19,514 nucleotides of DNA from NCBI GenBank assembly GCA_031459535.1, contig JAVKIJ010000059.1:1-19514 (forward strand), written 5' to 3'. A program made the translations under genes and the position numbers. Source of the stretch: Candidatus Fervidifonticultor quintus. GTDB lineage: Bacteria; Sysuimicrobiota; Sysuimicrobiia; Sysuimicrobiales; Humicultoraceae. Shown one piece after another: positions 7,159 to 15,777 of the stretch. Each line of letters starts with the position of its first letter. Position 1 is the stretch's first letter. A model generated the notes under the pieces. It was not told the origin of the DNA and made no database searches. It worked only from the letters and a program-made list of their open reading frames with translations.

Positions 7159-8421
7159 TCATGCGACGCCGCACCACCGCAGCGCCGTCAGCGCCAGCAC
7201 CTTCGTGCATCGGATGACCGAGGTCCGATCCACCCATTCGTCCAGGCCGTGGGAATTCTCGCCCCACGGGCCGTAGGACAAGGCGGGCATGTTGAAATAC
7301 ATGGCAAAACGGGTGTCCATGCCGGCGGCCTTGCCATAGATCGGGACCGGCGCGCCGGTGATGGTCTCCACGGCGCCTCTGGTGGTCTGCACCAGCGGAT
7401 GCCGCTCGTCCTGCGTCCACGGCTCGCCGTGCCACCCATACCACTCGACCGACGGCGGGTGTTCTGCCAGCCACGGGTTCCCTGAAGCCGCCTCGGCCAC
7501 AGTGCGCTCGACCTGGGCCCGCACGTCGTCCATACGCTCGCCGGGGACGAAGGAGACCCGGCACTCCATGACCGCCCATCCGGCGACCGTGGACGGCCAG
7601 TCTCCCGCGTGATAGGTGCCGATGTTGAGATGGCACGATCGTCCGACACTGCGCTCGAACAGTTCGTACCGGTTGGCTGCGGCGCGTCGGCGGTCAAGCT
7701 CAACGAGCGCGTCGTAGATCGCGTTCATCTTCCCGATGGCGTTCACCCCGGTGTGAGCCAGTCCGGCATGCGCCGTCCTGCCGGTGACGCGGACCCGGAA
7801 GTACAGCACACCGGCATGGGCCACCGACAGGCCGCCGGGCTCGGGGATGATCAGGCCGTCGGCTGTGTAGCCCTTCATCAGGCACGCCAGCGTCCCCCCG
7901 CCGCCGCCAGCCTCTTCTTCAATGACGCTGTGGACCTGGAGATCGCCGCGCAGCGTCACGCCCGCCTGCCGGATCGCCCGCACTGCGCCCATGATGGCCG
8001 CCAGACCCGATTTCATGTCCAGGGCACCGCGGCCGTAGATCCGGCCGTCCCGCTCCTCGGCCCCCCAGGGGTCCACCGTCCAGGCGTCTGTCGGCTCGGG
8101 CGACACCACGTCGACGTGACCGTTCAACACCAGCGACCGCCCGGCTCCGCTCCCCAGGAGCCGGCCTACCACGTTGGGTCGGCCACGGTATGCCCAGGGC
8201 ACGGTGACGTAGGCGTGGTGGCGCCGCACTTCTTCTAGATCGGCCTCGAAGGTTGTCACCGCCAGCCCCAGCGCGGCCAGCTTCCGCCGGACGACCTCCT
8301 GACAGAGTCCCTCCTGACCGACCACGCTGGGAACCCTGACGAGCTCCTTGAGATCGTCAATGATCTGACTCTCGCTGTCCTCGACCTCGGCCAGGACACG
8401 CTGCTCAATTGCGGGTGTCAT
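7159..8421 (-). CDS. ArgE/DapE-family (M20A) deacylase/peptidase, ~420 aa
   Basis: ATG at 8421 (MTPAIEQ...). Motifs: LNGHVDVV, YGRGALDMKSG, IEEEAGG, IPEP, GRTAHAG, SHGLDE. Confidence 0.9.
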   Translation of the reverse strand: MTPAIEQRVLAEVEDSESQIIDDLKELVRVPSVVGQEGLCQEVVRRKLAALGLAVTTFEADLEEVRRHHAYVTVPWAYRGRPNVVGRLLGSGAGRSLVLNGHVDVVSPEPTDAWTVDPWGAEERDGRIYGRGALDMKSGLAAIMGAVRAIRQAGVTLRGDLQVHSVIEEEAGGGGGTLACLMKGYTADGLIIPEPGGLSVAHAGVLYFRVRVTGRTAHAGLAHTGVNAIGKMNAIYDALVELDRRRAAANRYELFERSVGRSCHLNIGTYHAGDWPSTVAGWAVMECRVSFVPGERMDDVRAQVERTVAEAASGNPWLAEHPPSVEWYGWHGEPWTQDERHPLVQTTRGAVETITGAPVPIYGKAAGMDTRFAMYFNMPALSYGPWGENSHGLDEWVDRTSVIRCTKVLALTALRWCGVA

Positions 8422-8573
8422 GGGGATCTCACCGCCGCCATCTCTCCTCGAACGGACTGTTCTCTTCCGGTCATCCTCTAGCCTGCCGGCCTGCGACGCA
8501 GGAACCCGCCATGGCATGTGGAACGTCCCCGCTGATTCCATACGGCCCATGCGGCCTGGCAGGAGATGCGCAC

Positions 8574-10166
8574 ATGCAGCGGATCGTGCGGTGGTGCCTG
8601 TTTGCAGTGCTCGGTGCAGCGCTGCTGCTGCCCGCGCAGTTCACCCTTGCGGCGCCCCGGACCGGGGCGACCCTGGTCTTCGCGCGGCAGGAGGAGACCG
8701 AGACGCTGGATCCCCACAAGACGACCACCATCTCCTCGGCCGAGGTGGACTACCTCATCTACGACACGCTCACGTCGCTGGACTACGACAACACAGTCAA
8801 GCCGGGCCTGGCGGAGAAGTGGGAGATCTCGCCCGACGGCAAGACGTACACCTTCACGCTGCGGCAGGGTGTCAGGTTCCACTCGGGGAAACCGCTGACG
8901 TCCGCCGACGTGAAGTTCACGTTCGACCGCTGGAAGACGGTCCGAGGTTCGCCCACCGCCTTCAACATTGCGTCGGTGGAGAGCGTTGAGACACCCAACC
9001 CCCGCACGGTGGTCCTGCGGTTGCGGGAGCCCCTTTCGATCCTCCTCATCAACCTGGCGGGGTATGCGGCCAGCATCCTCAACCAGGAGTTCACCCAGCG
9101 CCTGGGCGACGACTATGGGACCGGGGCGGGCAAGGTGGACGGCACCGGCCCCTTCATCCTCAGGGAATGGGTGCGCAACGACCGGCTGGTGGTCGCCAGG
9201 AATCCCAACTACACCTGGGGGCCGCCGGTGTACAAGAACCAGGGACCGGCCAAGCTGGACGGCGTGATCTTCAGGACCATCGTCGAGGACGCCCCCCGCG
9301 TCGCCGCCGTTGAGGTCGGGGAGGCACACTTCACTCCCTCCATCCCGCCACCGCAGGTCGCCCGCCTGACCAAGGAAGGTCGGGTCAAGATCATCCGCTA
9401 CACCGACATGAACACGGCCTTCATCGGGTTCAAGCTGGGGAAGAAGCCGCTAGACGACGTGAAGGTCAGGATCGCCATCAACCACGGCGTCAACAAGCCC
9501 GAGATCATCGCCGGCGTGTACTACGGGCTAGCGGACGAGGCCTACGGTCCGCTGGCGCCCAACACGCCGGGGTGGTGGAAGGACGTCACCAAGGCCGGGT
9601 ACCGCTACAATCCCAGCAAGGCCAAGCGGATCCTCGACGAGGCCGGATGGACCCAGAGGGCCGTGGGCCAGACGCGCGAGAAGGACGGACGCCCGCTGTC
9701 GATCCTGTTCATGTATTCGCCGGGCCCGGAGAACGAGTCGCTGGTGAACCTGGTTCAGGCCCAGCTGTCCGGTATCGGTGTCGAGGTACGTCCCCAGCGC
9801 CTGGAATGGACCGCGTTCCTGGCGGCGCTGCGCGCGGGACAGCACGACATGTTCCTGATCAACGTGCGCTACGTGACCGCGGACGTGCTGTACTTCTACT
9901 TCCACAGCAAGCAGCGGCCGGCCCCCAACCGGTTCGACTGGGCCGACCCGGAGACCGACCGCCTGCTGGAACTGAGCCGCTCGTCGGTGAAAGAGGAGGA
10001 GCGGCTCGACGCCTACCGCAAGTTACAGCAGATCGTGGTCGAGAACGCCATCTGGGTGCCGCTGGTGCACCAGAAGCGGGTGGTCATGGCGTCGCCGAAG
10101 CTGGAGATCCCGCGGATGCACGCCAACGTCTTGTACAAGATGCTGGACCTGGAGCTGAAACCATAG
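8574..10166 (+). CDS. Family-5 (DppA/OppA-like) ABC substrate-binding protein (module 2), ~530 aa
   Basis: ATG at 8574 after SD AGGAGA. Signal peptide MQRIVRWCLFAVLGAALLLPAQFTLA; PGLAEKWEISPDGKTYTFTLRQGVRFHSG..TSADVKFTF; GTGPF; VRIAINHGVN. Confidence 0.93.
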   Translation: MQRIVRWCLFAVLGAALLLPAQFTLAAPRTGATLVFARQEETETLDPHKTTTISSAEVDYLIYDTLTSLDYDNTVKPGLAEKWEISPDGKTYTFTLRQGVRFHSGKPLTSADVKFTFDRWKTVRGSPTAFNIASVESVETPNPRTVVLRLREPLSILLINLAGYAASILNQEFTQRLGDDYGTGAGKVDGTGPFILREWVRNDRLVVARNPNYTWGPPVYKNQGPAKLDGVIFRTIVEDAPRVAAVEVGEAHFTPSIPPPQVARLTKEGRVKIIRYTDMNTAFIGFKLGKKPLDDVKVRIAINHGVNKPEIIAGVYYGLADEAYGPLAPNTPGWWKDVTKAGYRYNPSKAKRILDEAGWTQRAVGQTREKDGRPLSILFMYSPGPENESLVNLVQAQLSGIGVEVRPQRLEWTAFLAALRAGQHDMFLINVRYVTADVLYFYFHSKQRPAPNRFDWADPETDRLLELSRSSVKEEERLDAYRKLQQIVVENAIWVPLVHQKRVVMASPKLEIPRMHANVLYKMLDLELKP

Positions 10167-10180
10167 CCTGATCCGACCGT

Positions 10181-11119
10181 ATGACGGCCTACATCGCACG
10201 ACGCCTGCTGCTGGCGATTCCCGTCCTGCTGGGCGTCTCGGTGCTGGTGTTCTTCATCCTGCATCTCACGCCGGGGAATCCGGCCCTGGTCGTGGCGGGG
10301 CCGGACGCTCCGCCCGAGGTCGTGCGGGAGGTCGAGCACGCCCTCGGGCTCGATCAACCCCTGCACGTGCAGTATCTGCGCTACCTGAGCCGGATCGTCC
10401 GGGGTGACTTCGGTCGGTCGATTCGATCCCGCGAACCGGTCTTCGACCGGCTCGTGACCACCTTTCCGGTCACGCTGTCCCTGGCGCTGCTGGGCGTGGT
10501 GTTCACCACCCTGGTCAGCGTGCCCATGGGCATCCTGGCCGCCTACCACCGCAACTCGCCGCTGGACGTGGCGACCATCTTCGTGGTGCTCACGGGGTCA
10601 GCCATGCCGGTGTTCGCCACTGGCCTGATCCTCCTGTGGGTCTTCGGCGTGAAGCTGCGCTGGTTTCCCATCTCGGGCTACCTGCCGCTGACCACGCCGG
10701 ACGGATGGCGGCACATCGTCCTGCCCGCCATCACGGTCAGTACCGGGACCATTGCGCTGCTGGCGCGGCTCACCCGCTCGTCCATGCTGGAGGTGCTCAA
10801 CCAGGACTACGTACGGACCGCGCGTGCCAAGGGCGTACGCGAGACGCTGGTGGTCGTGCGGCACGCCTTCAGGAATGCCCTGCTGCCGGTGATCACTGTT
10901 ATCGGGCTGCAGTTTGGGTTCCTGCTCAGCGGCGCCGTGGTCACCGAGAGCATCTTCTCGCTGCCCGGAATGGGCCGGCTGCTGGTACAGGCGATCCTCG
11001 GCCGGGACTTTCCCGTCGTGCAGGGCGCAGTGCTCCTGGCGGCGCTGGCCTTCGTCCTGACGAACCTGCTGGTGGACGTGGTGTACGGAGCCGCAGACCC
11101 GCGCATCAGATACGAATGA
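10181..11119 (+). CDS. Peptide/nickel ABC transporter permease, DppB/OppB-like (module 2)
   Basis: YIARRLL..PGNP..GLDQP, GDFGRS, TRSSMLEVLNQDYVRTARAKG..HAFRNA, RDFPVVQG, DPRIRY. Confidence 0.93.
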   Translation: MTAYIARRLLLAIPVLLGVSVLVFFILHLTPGNPALVVAGPDAPPEVVREVEHALGLDQPLHVQYLRYLSRIVRGDFGRSIRSREPVFDRLVTTFPVTLSLALLGVVFTTLVSVPMGILAAYHRNSPLDVATIFVVLTGSAMPVFATGLILLWVFGVKLRWFPISGYLPLTTPDGWRHIVLPAITVSTGTIALLARLTRSSMLEVLNQDYVRTARAKGVRETLVVVRHAFRNALLPVITVIGLQFGFLLSGAVVTESIFSLPGMGRLLVQAILGRDFPVVQGAVLLAALAFVLTNLLVDVVYGAADPRIRYE

Positions 11120-12012
11120 CAAGTATGCGTGAAGCGACGAGGCAGGCTCCTCCGCTGGCCGCCGCCAGCGCGGTCGCCCCCAGGACCACCACCGTCTGGC
11201 GCCGGCTGAAGACGTCGCGTCAGGTGCACATCGGCGCCATGATCCTGGCCGTGCTGATCCTGGCTGCGGCGTTGGCGCCGTTCATCACGGCCTACGACCC
11301 GGCCCAGCCCAACATCCGGGAGCGCAACGCCCTGCCGTCGCGCGCGCACCCCATGGGGACCGACAACCTCGGCCGTGACATCTTCAGCCGTGTCGTGTTC
11401 GGCAGCCGGGTGTCGCTGCGGATCGGGATCATCTCGGTGGGGATCGCCTTCACCTGCGGGGTCACCCTGGGGTTGCTCGCTGGCTACTACCGGGGGGTCG
11501 ACAACCTCATCATGCGGGCCATGGACGTCCTGCTGGCGTTTCCGGGCCTGCTGCTGGCCATCGCGATCCTGGGTGCGCTCGGCCCCAGCCTCACCAACGC
11601 CATGATCGCCGTGGGGATCGCGGCCACCCCATCCTTCGTGCGCATCACCCGCAGCGCCGTGCTCCGCGTGCGCGCCCAGGAGTACGTGGATGCTAGCCGC
11701 GCCGTGGGCGCCACCGACGCCCGCATCATCGTCCGCCATGTGTTCCCCAACATCTCCTCCGAGGTCATCGTCACCACTACGCTGAACATGGCCTCGGCGA
11801 TCCTGGCAGCCTCCGTGCTCTCGTTTCTGGGATTGGGTGCGCAGCCACCCACCCCGGAGTGGGGCGCCATGGTGTTCGTGGCCAAGGACTATCTGGCCAT
11901 CGCCCCGCACAATGCGCTGTTCCCGATCCTGGCCATCTTCCTGACGGTGCTCGGCTTCAACTTCCTCGGCGATGGGCTCCGGGACGCCCTGGACCCCCGG
12001 CTCTACCGGTAG
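11116..12012 (+). CDS. Peptide/nickel ABC transporter permease, DppC/OppC-like (module 2)
   Basis: ATGA overlap with the upstream stop (11116-11119). HPMGTDNLGRD, EYVDASRAVGA..RHVFPN, GLGAQPPTPEWG, GDGLRDALDPR. Confidence 0.93.
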   Translation: MTSMREATRQAPPLAAASAVAPRTTTVWRRLKTSRQVHIGAMILAVLILAAALAPFITAYDPAQPNIRERNALPSRAHPMGTDNLGRDIFSRVVFGSRVSLRIGIISVGIAFTCGVTLGLLAGYYRGVDNLIMRAMDVLLAFPGLLLAIAILGALGPSLTNAMIAVGIAATPSFVRITRSAVLRVRAQEYVDASRAVGATDARIIVRHVFPNISSEVIVTTTLNMASAILAASVLSFLGLGAQPPTPEWGAMVFVAKDYLAIAPHNALFPILAIFLTVLGFNFLGDGLRDALDPRLYR

Positions 12013-12027
12013 CGCCGGCGGCGCCGC

Positions 12028-12930
12028 TCAGCGCAGCCGCGGATCGAAGGCATCGCGCAACCCGTCGCCCAGCAGGTTGAACCCCATCACCGTGAGAAAG
12101 ATCGCCACGCCCGGTAGCGTCGAGACCCACCAGGCTTCGCGCAGGTAGGAGCGTCCCTCCGCGACGATTGCGCCCCACTCCGGTGCCGGGGGCTGCGCGC
12201 CCAGCCCCAGGAAGGAGAGACCCACGCCTGAGAGGATCGCCCCGGCCAGCCGCAGCGTGGTGAGTACCACGATAGGCGCCAGCACATTGGGGAAGATATG
12301 CACCCGAATGATGTGCGCATCCCCGCCGCCGATGGCGCGGGCGGCGTCCACGAACTCCAGGCCCCGCACTGAGAGCACCTGGCCGCGCACCAGCCGCACC
12401 AGCCCCGGCACGCCGCCGATGCCGATGGCGATCATGACGTTCTGCAACCCGGGCCCCAGGACCGCCACGATGGCGATGGCCAGCAGCAGGCCGGGGAATG
12501 CCAGCCACAGGTCCACCAGCCGCATCACGATGTCGTCGAACCGGCCGCCCCGGTATCCAGAGAGCAGGCCCAACGGGATGCCGACCACATCGGAGATGGC
12601 GATGGCGATCAGCCCCACCGACAGGGAGAGCCGACCGCCGTAGAGCACCCGGCTGGCCAGGTCGCGGCCGAACGAGTCGGTCCCCAGCGGATGCCGTAGC
12701 GACGGCGGTGCGAAGCGGTGCGCAAACTGTACCGCGATGGGGTCGTCATCGGTCAGCCAGGGCGCGGCAACTGATGCGGCGATAAAGAACACCACCACCC
12801 CTAGTCCGGCCAGGGCGCCCGGGCTGCGCCGCAGCCGGGCGAACCCGATGGACCAGTGCGAGCGGCCAGGGCGCTCCGCCGCGCCAGGGCGCGGCGCGGC
12901 GGTCCTTATCCGGCGTGAGATCGTCGCCAT
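12028..12930 (-). CDS. Peptide/nickel ABC transporter permease, DppC/OppC-like (module 3)
   Basis: TAATG overlap with the upstream stop at 12930. HPLGTDSFGRD, EFVDAARAIGG..HIFPN, GLGAQPPAPEWG, GDGLRDAFDPR. Confidence 0.93.
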   Translation of the reverse strand: MATISRRIRTAAPRPGAAERPGRSHWSIGFARLRRSPGALAGLGVVVFFIAASVAAPWLTDDDPIAVQFAHRFAPPSLRHPLGTDSFGRDLASRVLYGGRLSLSVGLIAIAISDVVGIPLGLLSGYRGGRFDDIVMRLVDLWLAFPGLLLAIAIVAVLGPGLQNVMIAIGIGGVPGLVRLVRGQVLSVRGLEFVDAARAIGGGDAHIIRVHIFPNVLAPIVVLTTLRLAGAILSGVGLSFLGLGAQPPAPEWGAIVAEGRSYLREAWWVSTLPGVAIFLTVMGFNLLGDGLRDAFDPRLR

Positions 12931-13850
12931 TACCCGTACCGAATGCGCGGGTCGAGCCAGCCGTAGAGCAGGTCCACCAGCAGGTTGACCAGCACGAAGA
13001 TCGCTGCCGCCACCAGCACCACAGCCTGGATGACGGGGATGTCGCGGTTGAAAATGGCATCCACGGCCAGGCGACCGATGCCGGGCCACCCGAACACCGT
13101 CTCGACGATCACCGCGCCGCCGAGCAGGCTGGCAAACTGCAGGCCCACGATGGAGACCACGGGGATCAAGGCGTTCTTCAGCGCGTGCCGGTAGACCATG
13201 CGGCGATCGGTCACGCCCTTGGCGCGCGCGGTGCGGATGTAGTCCTGGCGCAGCACCTCCAGCATCGACGACCGGGTCAACCGCGCGATGATGGCCGCGG
13301 CGCCCGAGCCCAGCGTGATGGCCGGCAGCACCAGGTGCAGGAGGCTGTCGGCGCCCGTCGGGGGCAGCCACCGCAGGTGCAGGGAGAAGACCAGGATCAG
13401 GACCAGCCCGAACCAGAAGCTGGGCAACGAGACCCCGGCCAGGGCCACCACCATGGTGCCGTAGTCGAGCGCCGACTGGTGGTGCATGGCGGCAATGGAA
13501 CCCAGGACGATCCCGATGACCACCGCCACCAGCATGGCCGCCACCGCCATCCGCACCGTGTAGGGAATACGGAAGCGGATCTCGGCCGCCACGGGCCGTC
13601 GGGTGTGGATCGACCGGCCAAAGTCACCGCGCACAGCCCGCGCCAGGAACGACGCGTACTGGACGGCCAGCGGCCGATCCAGGCCCAGTTGGTGGCGGAC
13701 CCGCTCGACCTGCTCGGGGGACCCGACGTCCTGGAGCATGACCCGGACCGGATCCCCCGGCACGAGGTGGACGAGCAGGAAGACCAGGAACGAGATGCCG
13801 AGCAGCACCGGCACCAGGTGCAGCAGGCGGCGGACCACGTACATCAGCAC
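12930..13850 (-). CDS. Peptide/nickel ABC transporter permease, DppB/OppB-like (module 3)
   Basis: GTG at 13850 after SD GAGGTGA (alternative ATG 13844). PGDP..GLDRP, GDFGRS, LPSFWFG, TRSSMLEVLRQDYIRTARAKG..HALKNA, DPRIRY. Confidence 0.93.
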   Translation of the reverse strand: MLMYVVRRLLHLVPVLLGISFLVFLLVHLVPGDPVRVMLQDVGSPEQVERVRHQLGLDRPLAVQYASFLARAVRGDFGRSIHTRRPVAAEIRFRIPYTVRMAVAAMLVAVVIGIVLGSIAAMHHQSALDYGTMVVALAGVSLPSFWFGLVLILVFSLHLRWLPPTGADSLLHLVLPAITLGSGAAAIIARLTRSSMLEVLRQDYIRTARAKGVTDRRMVYRHALKNALIPVVSIVGLQFASLLGGAVIVETVFGWPGIGRLAVDAIFNRDIPVIQAVVLVAAAIFVLVNLLVDLLYGWLDPRIRYG

Positions 13851-13914
13851 GCCGGTCTCACCTCAGGGATACCGCGTCGGGGTGTCGGGGACGCACCCGG
13901 TGCGCGGGCCCGGT

Positions 13915-15489
13915 CTAGCGGGCCCGATAGGCGTCGAGCAGGAGCAGGTTGTTGAACTTGTCATAGTAGACGTCCTGGAGGTTCGGCTGGTGGAAGTTGA
14001 CCGCCAGCGGCGACGCCAGCGGGACCCAGGGGACGTCCTGCAGCAGGATCCGCTGCAGCTGCTTGTAGACCTCGAGCCGCCTGGGAGGGTCCACGATCGA
14101 CTGGCCTTCCTCCAGCAGTCTGTCCACCTGGGGGTTGGTATAGTGCACGCGGTTGGTCGTGGGCAGCCGACTGCTGTGGAAGAAGAAGTAGAGGATGTCG
14201 GCGTCCGGCCAGCCGTACGAGATGAGAATCGCGTCGTGCTCGCCCTTGGGCGTCTGCGCCAGGAGCGTGGCCACCTCCAGCTGCTCGATCTTCATGCTGA
14301 TCCCGACGTGGCGCAACTGGGACTGCACGACGATGGCCAGACGCACGTTGGTCATCAGCGCGTACGTCCAGACCGTGAACTCCAGCGGCCTGCCGTCCTT
14401 CTGCATGATGCCGCCAGGCCCGGGGCTGTAGCCGGCCTCGCGCAACAGCGCCCGGGCCTTGTCCGGGTTGAAGTCGAGGGCGAACTGCTTCACGCCGTCC
14501 CAGTAGCCCCAGATGGTGGGCGCGATGGGACTCAGCATGGGCACCGCTAGCCCTTCGTAGCCGATCCGGGCGATCTCGTCGGTGTTGATGGCGTGCCCGA
14601 TGGCCCGGCGCACCCGCGCGTCGGTGATGCGCTTCACGTTGAGGCCCAGGTAGGTGCCGGTGGTGGTGGGGATCTGCACGTAGGGAAACTTGCCATCCCG
14701 CATCATCCGCCGGGCATCCCGAGGCGGCGCGCCCTGCATGATGTCGATGTCGCCCCGCTCGAAGGCGATGACCCTGGCCGACTCATCGGGGATGATGCGG
14801 ATCACGAGCTGGTCGAAGTAGGGCGCGCCCCGGTTCTTGAAGTGGGCCGGCGCCCACGCGTAGTCGGGGTTGCGCTCGTAGACGATGCGGTCGTTGGGGA
14901 TCCACTGCTTGAACTTGAAGGGTCCCGTGCCCACCGGGCTCGTGCCGTAGTCGGCGCCCAGCCTCTGCATGGCCGCAGGCGAGAGGATCGCCAGGAAGTC
15001 GATCCTCAGCGACGAGAAGATGGGTGCATACGGCCGCGAGAACACCAGCCGCACCGTGTAGTCGTCCACGACCTCGGTGCGTGCCAGCGGTCCCACCCAT
15101 GAGGCGCCTGGAGAGTTTAATTCCTTGCTCGTCAGGCGGTCAAACGTCGCCCGGACCGCGGCCGCGGTGAACGGCGTGCCGTCGTGGAACCGGACGTTGC
15201 GCTTCAGCTTGAATGTGATGACCGTGCCGTCGCGCGAGACCTCCCAGGACTCGGCCAGGGCCGGTGTGAACTCGCCGGTCCGCCGGTCGATGCGCACCAG
15301 CGTGTCGTACATGACGAAGTGCGCGATGCCCACCGAAGGGGTACGGTGAGGATCCAGGGAAGGCGGATCCGAGCTGATGACCAGCGTGAGCGTCCCGCCC
15401 CGCTGCGGGGCAGGCGCGGCCCCGGCGGCGCCTGCTGCCAGCACGATGGCCAGCAGGCACGCGCCTCCGGCGAGGCGTGTGGCGGTCAT
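13915..15489 (-). CDS. Family-5 (DppA/OppA-like) ABC substrate-binding protein (module 3), ~524 aa
   Basis: ATG at 15489 after AAAGGGGGA. Signal peptide ...LLAIVLAAGAAGA; GGTL..DPPSLDP; PALAESWEVS..FKLKRNVRFHDGTPFTA; PVGTGPF; VRRAIGHAIN. Confidence 0.93.
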   Translation of the reverse strand: MTATRLAGGACLLAIVLAAGAAGAAPAPQRGGTLTLVISSDPPSLDPHRTPSVGIAHFVMYDTLVRIDRRTGEFTPALAESWEVSRDGTVITFKLKRNVRFHDGTPFTAAAVRATFDRLTSKELNSPGASWVGPLARTEVVDDYTVRLVFSRPYAPIFSSLRIDFLAILSPAAMQRLGADYGTSPVGTGPFKFKQWIPNDRIVYERNPDYAWAPAHFKNRGAPYFDQLVIRIIPDESARVIAFERGDIDIMQGAPPRDARRMMRDGKFPYVQIPTTTGTYLGLNVKRITDARVRRAIGHAINTDEIARIGYEGLAVPMLSPIAPTIWGYWDGVKQFALDFNPDKARALLREAGYSPGPGGIMQKDGRPLEFTVWTYALMTNVRLAIVVQSQLRHVGISMKIEQLEVATLLAQTPKGEHDAILISYGWPDADILYFFFHSSRLPTTNRVHYTNPQVDRLLEEGQSIVDPPRRLEVYKQLQRILLQDVPWVPLASPLAVNFHQPNLQDVYYDKFNNLLLLDAYRAR

Positions 15490-15534
15490 GTCAAGTCCCC
15501 CTTTCTGGGCGCCCGTGCGCGCCCGGTCGAGCAC

Positions 15535-15777
15535 CTACAAAGTGCGGGACAAGAGGAAGAGCAGGATGGCGGCAGCGGCCAGTCCCACCCACAGCCAGGA
15601 GCGCGGGCGTCGGACGCGTGCGGCCCTGGGCCGGTGATCCGGGGTCTCGGCGCACGTGGGACAGTAGTTCCCGGCGGCCAGCCGCACCACGCATTCTGAA
15701 CACAGCGGCCGCCCGCAACCCGCGCAGTACCAGAGCGCCGGACGGTCCGGATGGTTGGCACAGACGACGCCGCTCAC
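15535..15777 (-). CDS. Small B-box-type zinc-finger protein with a C-terminal membrane anchor (~80 aa)
   Basis: CxxHP-x7-CxxCGRPLCxxC-x9-CxxC (CANHPDRPALWYCAGCGRPLCSECVVRLAAGNYCPTC), then an Arg-rich stretch and a hydrophobic tail WLWVGLAAAAILLFLL. GTGA overlap with the hydrolase stop (alternative start 15780). It fills the gap between two clear genes. Confidence 0.75.
   Translation of the reverse strand: MSGVVCANHPDRPALWYCAGCGRPLCSECVVRLAAGNYCPTCAETPDHRPRAARVRRPRSWLWVGLAAAAILLFLLSRTL

Noticed and set aside
7127-7636. Apparent 170-aa N-terminal extension or fusion on binding protein 1 (695-aa ORF)
   Set aside because: It overlaps the M20 gene in another frame. A strong SD, a TTG at 7126 and a signal peptide give a normal-length protein.
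8498-8526. Possible sigma54 or ECF promoter in the divergent intergenic region (TGGC...TGC, GGAAC)
   Set aside because: The GG-to-GC spacing is 9 rather than the required 10 on the minus strand, and there is no GC at the right position on the plus strand. The GGAAC hits lack a convincing -10 element.
10636-13371. Extended DppC ORFs (458 aa and 447 aa) suggesting fusions or frameshifts
   Set aside because: The extensions are out-of-frame read-through of the DppB genes. ATGA and TAATG overlaps define the real starts at 11116 and 12930.
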